DNA from: Chrysomallon squamiferum
Taxonomy: Eukaryota > Animalia > Mollusca
Reading direction: 5' to 3'
DNA: 64,000 nucleotides
Assembly (NCBI GenBank): GCA_012295275.1
Contig: CM022670.1
Span: 6,386,001-6,450,000, forward strand
Shown piece after piece: positions 14,478-26,000 of this stretch; position 1 is the first letter of the stretch; each line of letters starts with the position of its first letter. Position numbers and translations under genes: made by a program. The notes beneath the pieces are model-generated. The model saw nothing but the letters and a program-made list of their open reading frames with translations. It did not search any database and was not told the DNA's origin.

Positions 14478-14720
14478 AGCTAGCTTAGTGGTAGAGCAGT
14501 CGCCGCGGAACTGATTGGTAGGAGGATCAGTTCTAGTCCACTCTCTCCTGTTTTGATACAGTAAAATTCATTCTCGCTTGATGGAAACCAGTGTGGTGTT
14601 ATATTGAACACATCTCGCAAGAAGTAAAACAAAACCCCACTTGGGTGCCAGGAAGCCCGTGGCTTAGTGGTAGCGTACTCGCCCAAAGCATAATGAGTCG
14701 CATGTCCAGTGATCCTTTGT
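14478..14720 (+). mobile_element. Two tRNA-like SINE heads
   Basis: tagcttagtggtagagc and gtggcttagtggtagcg A-box-like starts, with no complete cloverleaf. Confidence 0.4.
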
Positions 14721-15577
14721 TCATGCTTTTTCTCGTTCTACCTATGACTCGAGACTAGAGTTATGGAAAAAAATGTATATAAATTTGACTTCTTGTTATT
14801 TCTTACAAATATACAATGAATGATGACAAGAATGTTTAACAGTCAGATGACTATTGACTGTAAACCATTGATAATAAAAATTAATATTGACATCAGAAAA
14901 GATATTCATATATTGTTATACAATTACTTGCTCTAGTTATATAACTGTAAATACTATGTAACGAGTAGAATGAATGTTGACGCATACAAGATATTACGTC
15001 AGTTTTATAATAATATTAGCACATATTTTTATTGTATAATCTTCTTACGTATGAAATATTATAATGTTCTTGATATGTAGGTAAATATGTTTGTATGTGT
15101 ATGTGTGTGTGTATGCGTGTGTGTGCGATCTTTGATAGTTACGAATAAAAAACGATTAATCATGTGAATATAAGGCTATTTGTAATTTTACCGGAACATT
15201 AAACATTAGTTAATTTTTTTTTCTGGTTGCTGTGGAATTTCAGAAGCTTTCTTGCGGCTGACGGGTTTTTCTCTATCAGTTTCACGAGCTAGCGAGAAAT
15301 TAAATTTAAATTTTTAGACACGTTAGATTCATGCGATGAGATCATCTCATTACTAAATTAATTAACATAATTAAATTTTTAAATGAAAGAAAAGGGATTT
15401 TTTTCTCTTTTTTTTAAATTTTGTTCAGTGTTAGTTTTTGTTTTGGACTAAGGTTAACCCTAACAAATAACTTAAATGCATTTCTATATGTGTATGTACA
15501 TTATAGATACCGGTGTTTACTGCTAATAAAGTACAGAGACGTACGTAAGCCGATATGAGTAAATCACAGATAAAATC

Positions 15578-15646
15578 TGACGTAACTCTTTACCTGCCAA
15601 TCAGTCAGAAGCAGGTCACGTGATCCGACACTTCTTTCTGATTGGT
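15578..15646. promoter_or_regulatory. Promoter-like module: ATF/CRE-type site, CCAAT, USF-type E-box, inverted CCAAT
   Basis: TGACGTAA, GCCAATCAG, GGTCACGTGAT and CTGATTGG lie within about 70 bp. Confidence 0.4.
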
Positions 15647-18257
15647 AAAGAAGACTTATTTGAGTAAACAATAATTTGGCAACAATTATGTATTTGTGTT
15701 CGATTTAAAATATTAAACTATTATTAATGATTGTAAAATAAAATAAAAACTAAAATCGAAACTATAAAATGTTTGTATCCTTGTTTCCATAAAGGGAAAA
15801 AATTATAAAAAAAAAAAAGATACGGAAAACAAAACAAAAATAGTTTAAAGTGTAAACGTATGTAGATTAATTATGCATCGTTTCGTCTTCAAGCATAACA
15901 GTAATTTGTAAAATTCTTTAAAATAATAACAACATCATTTGTGAAATTTTATTTTTTGTGGCATAAAATTAAAATAAATCGTCCACAAAAACGAAAGAAG
16001 TATTTCATGATATGAATTTTGAATTAAAATTCAAATTTTTTTTTTATTTATTTATTTATTTATTCTTTGAAATACAAATCATCGATTTTAGTATTTATAA
16101 TTATATATATTAAACCAAATTTATAAACATAATTTATAATTACGAGTAAAGAAAGGATAAAATAATTCTTAGAAGACTGAAAGATGAAAGAAAAATTTTA
16201 AATAAAAGAAACGACTAAGACTTAGTAAAACTAAATTTCGTTTTAAAAGAAACGTCTCCACTCTGTTATGTAACAAGTCTGTTTGTCCGAGACACACACA
16301 CACGTGATCGGCCCGTTCGAGTCCACAAAATGAGCGACGTCTGCTAATTTCCTTAATGGCGGAATGATTTTCGAGATATTCCGATCTCCACCGATCTTGG
16401 CACTGATTGCACGCGGATTCCACGGAAACGAGTCTATCTAACATTACACAGTGATTTATCACCCGTCTAATAGTTTCTCCGATTATAGGTGCACACTGTA
16501 ACATGTGACATTGTGTCATTAAATGTCGATTCTCGTCCACACTCATTCATCACCAGTGTTTAGTAAACAGAACGCGTCTGTTGTCTGCTGATACCTTCTG
16601 TCCCTATCGCCTGCTGCTGTCATCATATGTACGTTACGAAGCATTCTTCTTCACTTCGCCTTTTTCCGCCACAGATCGCCTTATCACGTTGCTCTATAAC
16701 TTTCATCTTGCAAAGAGAAATAGAAAAGATTCTTAGCTGCTTGAGACGAGTTGCTATAATAACGATTTATCACACACTTGAACCAGAAACAGCGTGGCTG
16801 GAGTTTTAAAAACTGTTTTAATGATTGTTTTGTAGGTTAAATAATATTTAGTCTGATGAGAAGTAGAGATGTTATTTGATTTGTATTTTTAATTTTTTTT
16901 TGTCACTGAACAGTCTGTGACAGAATAAAGTTTTGTTGTAATGATATTTCATCTCTGTATTTAGTGATATACAAACAACAGTAACAATGAGTGTATATTA
17001 AACACAAGACCTGAACACGTTTTGAATATAACGTACTACGTTATGAAATAAATTTAAAAAATAATTTTTTTTATATTATCTTCTTTTCTAATTAATAACA
17101 CATTTGTTAATATGATTATAACATTAATACACGTCGTGTTCGATAACAATGGCAAATTCGCCAGATTTTGAAGACGTCGGGGACAGCGTCGTGATAGTCG
17201 CAGTGTGAAAGCGTGCGCGACTTCACGCGACACGCTACGTCTGACCGTAGCGCCCCTCCCAAAGCTACGACTGTTACCGCGACATACGTCTGATGTCAAT
17301 ACCAAATGAAAGAGAAATTTCCCCGGGGACGCCATTACCGTCACCAACGTCACACATTTATGAACATCAACTTCTCCAGCAGTGCTTCCGGTCGCTTTCA
17401 ATTGGTCTGGTGTCCACTGCGATGTCCACTGGAGAGCCGTGAAGCCGTGGCGCAATTAGAGCCCACTGTTGTACTAATACGTCTTTTAGTGGGACGTGGA
17501 GGAGTTTAGTCATAGTGATCAGTGAAATTACACACACAATGTTCTGTCTTATTGCACTCGCGTTCTTCCGAGACCTGTCACATGGCGGAATCGTCTTCGC
17601 TCATATTGTCGTAATAAACCTTTTTTTTCTGAGAATCTGAGATAATCAAAGAAAAACGAGATTTAGATTAAATTTGCAGCCAGATTAGGTTCGAAAGTAT
17701 TATAATGTGTTTTTGCTTAATTTTGTGTGATTCTTTGTTGTGTGTGTGTATGAGTGTGCGTGTGTGCATAATTCTACAGTCGCCACATATATGCACACAT
17801 GCCACCATCTACAAACATATATATCATACGTCAGAAAATACAATCAATACGTAAGACTCCAATAAAAAAACTAACATTTCAAAAACTAAGATTACACATA
17901 ATCCCGAGCATAAAATATTTAAAATGACAAAGAATGTGATACAACAAAGCAAAGTAAAAATGGAAAAGGTCTTGCATAAGACAGCAACACTGGTTAATGC
18001 TCACAAAAGTACATTTTTGGAAACACTCCAGGCTAATTACATGATAATGACATAATAATTAGATGATAATGAGATGTTAATGATATGATAAAGAGATTTT
18101 GAATATGTGGAAGACATGTGGTAATGGAATTATGCTAATAATAAGTATTGTTATTCTTAGATCAAACACTTAAATACATTAAATATAACATACACACACA
18201 TACAAAAAAATAGTGTGTGTTTGTGTTTGTGTGTTCATATTTATGTATATTGTTTTC

Positions 18258-18876
18258 TCATTAACCACTATTTTCTCGTTTTACATTAACAGGTTTTTTT
18301 CTTCTAGATTTCCATCAACGGCTATTTTCAAGTTTTACATATTAAACGTCATTTTCTAGTTTTACCTATTATCCTTTATTTTCTAGTTTTACCTATTATC
18401 CTTCATTTTCTAGATTTACATATTAACCGTTATTTTTCAACCTTTACATATCAACCGTTATTTTCTAGTTTTACATATCAACCGTCAATTTCTAATTTTA
18501 CATATTAACCGTTATTTTTAAAGTTTTACATATTAACCGCCACTTTCTAATTTTACATATTAACCATTGTTTTGCAAGTTTTACATATTAACCGTCATTT
18601 TCTAATTTTACATATTAACCGTCACTTTCTAATTTTACATATTAACCGTCATTTTCTAGTTTTACATGTTAACCGTTATTTTGTAATTTTACGTACTAAT
18701 CGTTATTTGTCTAGTTTTACATATTAACCATTGTTTTCCAAGTTTTACATATTAACCGTTATTTTGTCATTTTACATATTAACCGTCATTTTCTAGTTTT
18801 ACATGTTAACCGTTATTTTGTAATTTTACGTACTATCGTTATTTGTCTAGTTTTACATATTAACCGTTATTTTTAC
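18258..18876. repeat. Minisatellite, 27-28 bp unit (attaaccgtcattttctagttttacat), about 22 copies
   Basis: Directly visible tandem units with no unique spacers. Confidence 0.95.
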
Positions 18877-21669
18877 TTATTGTGGTAATCGAGTAAAAGA
18901 AATGGATACGCCGGGGGACACGTTTCTACAACTGACCAAATCAGATTGCTCCGCACTCATTAGTATTAAGTCCACACATCCGTGTGTTGTCTGCATCAAT
19001 AGCTGAAGGTCATTGTGCAAACACTCACTGTCCGAATAATTTGTCCGTGTTGGTCAGTCACTGGACACAAGAAATTGAAATCGCAACCGTTGGAGGCCCC
19101 AATCACGTAGTTCATTAATACATTAACTAGAAATCTTTGTCTTCTGTGTTTTAAAGAGATTTGCTGACTAGCCAGGGTTGTTAACCTGTCTGATGTGTGA
19201 CTGGTAGGTTCTTAGTTCGCCTCCCGGTAACGATCATATCCAGAAATAATTACAAAACTACAGCGTTTCACTTTGAAAACATCCTTATATGTAATGGTTG
19301 TGCAGTTTAAAACTAATTGAAGGAAAAAAGAAGAATTTATGACTTCTCCTTTCAGCTGCATAGGCTTAGGCTTATTCTATTATAAATAAATAAATAAATA
19401 AACATCCATCCACTACATTTTTCGTTTCAATTTTTAAAATGTATATATACATACACACGCGCGCATAGACACACACATACACAGATACACATGCACACAC
19501 ATACACATGCACGCACGCACACATTCACACACATACAACATATACACACAAGCAGATGAACATATACTCTCTCTCTCACACATTCTAACATCAACATTTC
19601 CATTTATTGGATAATTAAAACAAACGTTATAATTTTATTGTTGTTTAACGTTTTGTTAGATGCTTTATTCATTTGTTTTCTGTTTTAAATGAACATAAAC
19701 TCAGGAAAAGAAACGAAAAAGAAAAACTGTAATTTTCTCTTATACCTGTGAAAAAAAAAAAAAAAAAAAAAATGTTGTTAAGTATTTGTTCTTCTTTTAT
19801 TTGTTCTTACGAAAACCTCACCACAAAAACAAAACCAACCATGTGGAACAAACAAACATCGATCAAGTGTGAATGAGCGGCAGTCACGCAAATCTAAGTG
19901 CAAACGAAAGGAGAAAAATGCCGTTTTTGACTTTAAAAAAACCTCGGAGTGTTTGTCAAACAATCTCTCGTCTTTGCCGAGGCTGCTTCCACTGTTAGTT
20001 GTGTGTTTGTGGTAGAATTAGACACCGGTGTGTCACATTGCACAAAATCACATCACCCAGCTGTCGTCCACTCTGTCAGTGGGTTGGGGTGTTTGTCTTC
20101 TCCTTTACACTCGCCCTCTGAGAAGCGGGTGTCGCTTCGGGCTAATTAGAAAGGTCGTCGAGGATGTTTGGTTTGTCACGATTTGCATTCTCCACTCAGC
20201 TCTCTCAGCTCCACTGTCAACATTTGACTTCTGCACACTCAGCAAACTTCAAACAGTTTGAAATTCTTTAAATGACGCATGTTACATTTATACTTACCTG
20301 TTTCGTGTTTACTACCTTGACTAACCCTGCTTCTTAATTATCTGTCTATGTATACCTACCTACCTATATGTCTATCTGTTTGTCTATCTATATCTATATG
20401 CATCAACGTATCTAAATATCTATACTTATCTGTGTATATATGTGTATGTGTAAATACATACATACATACATATATGCACACACACACACACATATATATA
20501 AGCATACATGAAGTACATACAAACTTACACAAACACGCGCACTTGTCCTTCGGTGTGTTTGTTTGTCTGTCCTCCTACCTGTCTACAAAAAACGTAACAA
20601 ATCTAAATTTCATTTAGTTATCCATCCGTCAATTCATCTACATACAGCATATTATCTATACCTAGCATTACCGCAGTAACATACATGATCAAATCAAAAA
20701 AATATATATATATGTATACATTTTAACTTACTGATAGTTATATATCATTTTTTTTTTTAAATTATATAACCTAAAGACTATCGTATAGATAAAATACTGA
20801 CATTATCTAACTTGTGTATTAACCTAGACACATATTATCACATATTGGTAATACATTAACAGATACTGCACACATGCAATACTCTGAATACGTGATATAA
20901 AGGTGGTGATCTATGCTGCTAACATTGATTTAGCATTATCACGTTTCTTGAATATCACCCATAATTATAATTAATTTCAAAGATTTTGCATAATAAATAA
21001 TTAACACTAAAAGATAATATCATTTGTATTTTTTAAAAAATCTACTTATTTTTCAACCGTTTTAACGATTTTAACCGTCGAGTCAGACAAACTGAGATAA
21101 CGAGGTCGATTTGAGATGAATGCAAACAACCGTTACACAGAGTGTTTGTGTGAATACGCTACTTTTCTAATACATTCGAAACACGCACGAAACAAAACTT
21201 TTAAAGCTGTCTGTTTGCCGTTATTTATTTACTAATCAGAAGGAGACTGCATCAGCAAATCAAGATTTATTTTTCTTTGGTTTTGTTTAAACAGGTTTTT
21301 TCACAGTGAAGTTTCTGATAACATTTTTAAATATTTATTTCCGACTCATTCGCCCGTGCACTTTCAATTTTCGATTATTGCCCCGACTTGGCCATTAAGA
21401 GAAATCAAGAGAATTTTTTCACATTACAAAATGAATTGATTTGCTGTAAACTTTCTTAAATGGTGGATTAGGTTAATGATTTTCCTGGGTTATAGTTCAT
21501 GCTTAATGAGTTGCGATAAATGAATATTGATTTGTCTAAATCTTCGTTTCTTTGAAATAGCCTACAGACGCAGGTAAGAAAAGATGTCTAGTGATAACGG
21601 AGACACAGAAATCTGTTTTTTGTATTTGATGTTTATATTAACAGGTTGTTTTTAATTATTATTTTTTAA

Positions 21670-21890
21670 AGAGAAGGTTGAAGAAGCCTGTTATCACGAC
21701 ACCAGAATCTATTAATTAACAGCAAGGGATTTTTATTTTATTTATTATTGTATCACGGAAAGGAAAACATATTCAAAAGGTCGTATTAACGGGAAATTAA
21801 AAATTTAAAACTTGACACTAAACGAGGATCGATCCTGAAACCTTTGTCTGACGAGTTGAGAGATGTATAACTGAGCTACACGACCCTCGT
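21670..21890 (-). mobile_element. Decayed SINE
   Basis: ttaacagcaagggatttttat core, ggatcgatcc and actgagctaca (reverse A-box-like). Confidence 0.5.
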
Positions 21891-22240
21891 TCTAGTAGGA
21901 CGAAGACGAGGAAATCTCAACTCAGACAAATGCCACTCATCTTACCCCCACCCGGGGTACTTGACGATAATCTAGTTTTCATCATGTCTTGGTGACCTGC
22001 GTAGTGTCTGTCCATTGTCAGTCAGACATCTCACACACAGCACAACATCGCCGACTCTGAACTGTCCCTGCCCCGCTTGTTAGACGTCGTGGCCGCAGCA
22101 CATGAGTGTTCAGCAAACACGACGTGGTGACCAACGTGTCTCTTGACGTCCACTTGTCCGTTAATCCGTCTTCTGACATGTGTAGTCAGTCAGTAGGAGA
22201 ATAAGCCTCGACTTCGCACGATTGTGCAAAACTAGCAGGT

Positions 22241-22255
22241 AGCGCCATCTAGCGG
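22241..22255 (-). promoter_or_regulatory. CTCF-like core motif
   Basis: The minus strand reads CCGCTAGATGGCGCT, a near-consensus match. Confidence 0.6.
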
Positions 22256-23419
22256 AATTACACGTCTTTCCGTTTACCTTGTGCTGTTCAAGTGTGTGCG
22301 TCTAACAACACAGTTTGTTCAGGTGTCAGTACATATTAGAAAGTCTCACACATAAGTAAACCTGTCAAAACTCTCACGTATAAAATATACGTTTTTACCT
22401 ACTTCTCAGTATTTAATCACATTCTCTCTGTAGTTTAATAAAAATGCACTAACAGTCAGCCGCTGGTGGAGTACTCGTTGCTGCTGTTACGTCATCAGAT
22501 ACGACTGATGATTTGTACGTAACGTTTATTAGCCAGCGGAAATTTCTTTATTACTGTTACGTCAGTTTGTAGATCGCTGGATTCTCAAACTGAAAACTTT
22601 GATTCAAATCTTCGCTGAGTAGTTTACGTTTAGAGATCCAGAATAAAATTTAAAATGTTTAAAACTGTATCAGATCTGTGTATGAAAACTTGAATTAAAT
22701 GCTATAAACTGCACATATTTATATTGGTACACGACTTCAAGAATGCTAAGTAAGCTTATGAAACGCATCCACTAATACAGAATTTACTTAGAATATTAAA
22801 CTGAAATGTTTTCTGTTTTGTTACGCATACATATTTCATATTAATAATTATTTAAAACTTTGAGGAATGTTTTATTTTAATTTAATTTAATTTTTTTATT
22901 TTTTTATTATTATTATTTTTATTTTTTTATTTTATTTATTTATTTTTTTTATTTTTTTGAATAAACAAAATATTCAAATTTAAAAGCCGGTTCCAAAACA
23001 TAAAAATTCTAAACTGAAGCAACAAGCATTAAAAAACAAATCAGCTACGACTTGAATAATTGCTAACAGGTTTTGTTGTTTGATTTTTAGACCACCTGAC
23101 ATTGCTGGGGGAAACAAAACGACGTGAAAATGAAAAGCGAAAAACAAAAGAATCCGATAAAAAAAAAAAAGTAATTTGCAAGTTTAATGAAAGCGTCTTG
23201 ATTGGGGTGTGTCTGATTTGATTTCGACGAAACAGACGTGTCAGAGTGAAAGACAAATTACCACTGTGTCCTGTGAGATATTAAACAAATAAACACGTTT
23301 TTTCACTTTCTCTGTATGATTCACTGTCGTCAGTCCAGTGGTTAGAGCTGTTGTTCAAAATATCTCTTCTCGTAACATACTGTTTCCTACTTGATTTATT
23401 AAATAACTGAATAAGTAAG

Positions 23420-23462
<43 letters not shown>

Positions 23463-23628
23463 AAAAAAGAGAATTAAGTAAATAAATAACTGAATAACTA
23501 AATAATTAAGAAAGTAGGAAAATCAGCGAGTAAATAAGTAAAAAGTAAATAAATACGAAGATGAAAAAGTAAATAGTTGTCAAAAAATCATCCAGTAAAT
23601 AAGAAAATAAATAAGTAAGTAAGTAAAA

Positions 23629-23659
<31 letters not shown>

Positions 23660-25261
23660 GCGTAACTCCATCAAATTCACTAAAAACAGGTCTAACACAA
23701 AAACAAAAAAAAAAAAAAAACCATAATTCAATAATATCTACAACAACAAAACTCTAAGAATACCAAATAATGAATACGAGAGCTTATAACCAGTTTACCA
23801 TTCTCACGCACATTGCGTAACATTCCTCGCATTTCGTGCGTGCAGTTCAGGAGATAAGCAGTACTAACACGAGCGCTGTGTGTGTGTGGTGAGAGACAGA
23901 AAGGTTCTTGTTCAGTAATCACTGCTAGTTAGTGTCGGAGAGAAAAACAAAACCAAGTTGTTTGAATTCCACGATTCTTACAGTTGTCAGAGTCCGCGAC
24001 TTATCTCGCTCACATCAACAGTCTCAGAGCCGAGTAGTCAAGCGTTATTTTACAATACCTGATCATCAGAATGTACTGGGATCAAGACTTGGTGTCAGGT
24101 TCTCAGTCAGAGCTTGTTTGGTAAAAGAAAAACCATTACACTCGTTCCTATCTTTAATTTAATCTGGTGTCGTGTAACGCTAACACAGTTTGGTACTAAC
24201 GAAACCAGGCAACGATACGATAAACGTTTTAGAAATTTCGTTTTAAATGATCTACGGACTGTGCAAAAGACTATGTGTCTAATAACGTTCACAAAATAAC
24301 AACAACAACAACAACAAGACTAATAATAATAATAATAAATAATAGTTTTATGTCAAAATATTAGTTGTTAGGTTATTTAGAACACTTATTTTAAGTTGTG
24401 GGTCTGCACGGGTTTGCCACGCACGTCTGTTTAATTGTGTTAAACTCGGTAATAAAATATAAAACACGTCTTTCAGCTGGTTTCGCAGGCGTATCTGTCG
24501 TCGCAGGGACGTTGTGTATTACCAGACGCTGACGTCTCGCAGCAAGGACAAAGTAAAAACACACATCTAAGTAGTTTTACAGTTATATTGCTTCTGACGT
24601 GCGTAAAACATTTACACGTGTTTGTTTTGTTTGTCTGACGTTCTGGCTCCTTGGATATTTTTTTGGTATATATTTTGTCTCGTTATCTCCATATAACATA
24701 AACCAGCAGCTTGCTAACTTAATGCACAAGATAATTATTTTCAGAGAGGAAGCAATGGATATGTTTGTTGTTTTTCGAAGCGTTTCGGTGTATATATTAT
24801 TAATATGATCATGTAGTTACAATGAGAGCAAAATTACATTATAACGACAAACATAATTCTTGTACATTCTTTGGGACTCTGCAAAAATATTGAGCAGGCT
24901 AACTGTCGATATTTGATAAAATATTCCGAACTTAAATATTCATGTTGCAGCTAAATGACAAGAGATGTAATAACATTATATTGCACCAAGTATTGAACAG
25001 AATACACGCAACAAATGCATATGTTTAACGTTGTGTATCATACTGCTGTCAGATTTGATATGTTTTAATTTAAACAAAAAAACAAAAACAACAAAAAATA
25101 ATGTTCGTTTAAAATATTATTTGTTTAATTAGCAATATCTATTTCTATCGATTATTTACACTATTGTTTTTATACACTGTATCGATACTATGTGTATATC
25201 TGCACTGAGTAAATCAGCATCAAAAGAGAGTATGTAAATAGAATCATTACAGAGTAAACAA

Positions 25262-25475
25262 AAAGTATTGATTATCACATTATACTTAGTATTGACACTG
25301 TTTGTATGTTTAGTATTGATACTGTGTGTATACTTATACTTAATATTGATACTGTGTATATACTTAGTATTGAGACTGTTTGTGTACTAAGTATTGAGAC
25401 TGTTTGTTTACTTAGTATTGATACTCTGTGTATACGTAGTATTGACACTGTGTGTGTTCAGTACTGACACTGTAT
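25262..25475. repeat. Minisatellite, unit about 24 bp (ttagtattgacactgtgtgtatac)
   Basis: About 8 visible units. Confidence 0.9.
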
Positions 25476-25824
25476 GTTGTGAAGGTGACGGTAATAACAC
25501 GTTTGTAAGACAGATTCAAAGATATGTCGCAGTTCGCTCCATCACGCAATCGGATTGTGCGGCCAGCTCGGCTCAGTGTACCTTCGTGTTAATTGCCGGC
25601 CATGAATTCTTTATAAAGCAGCACTGCAAATAATTCAGCAGACACTGTAAGAGCTGCCCTGCGATTGGCTCGTTCGCTAATCGGCTGTAGAGGACGGTGG
25701 CCGTAACCAGATTAGTTTCTCACCCGTAACCTCCCTGATGAATTTCAACACAAGCCGCTCTTCTGGACGCTTTCAAGAGCGCAGGCTTCGAGAGTCCAAA
25801 CGTAATCTGTAAGTGTTTAACAGT

Positions 25825-26000
25825 AAACTCTCCGAGTGTCCATGTCAGTCCAGACTCCCAGTGTGTGTCTGTGTGTCAGTTCAAACTACTCCCAGAGTAT
25901 GTCCGCGTCGGTTCAAGCTCCCGTTGTGTGTGTTAATGTCAAGCCAAACTCCCTCTGTGCGTGTCACTGTGAACCCAGACTCGCTGCGTGTGTCGAAAGC
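25825..26000. repeat. Highly degenerate tandem repeat, unit about 30 bp (aaactccc..gtgtg..gtcagttc)
   Basis: About 6 recurrences of a(a/g)actc...gtgt...gtc. Confidence 0.6.

Noticed and set aside
14478-14560. tRNA gene
   Set aside because: A-box only, with no cloverleaf or intact T-arm; consistent with a SINE head.
18258-18876. CRISPR-like array
   Set aside because: Contiguous tandem units with no unique spacers, no cas genes and a eukaryotic context.
20290-20300. U1 snRNA gene (ATACTTACCTG)
   Set aside because: Similarity stops after 11 nt; it is better read as a minus-strand donor site.
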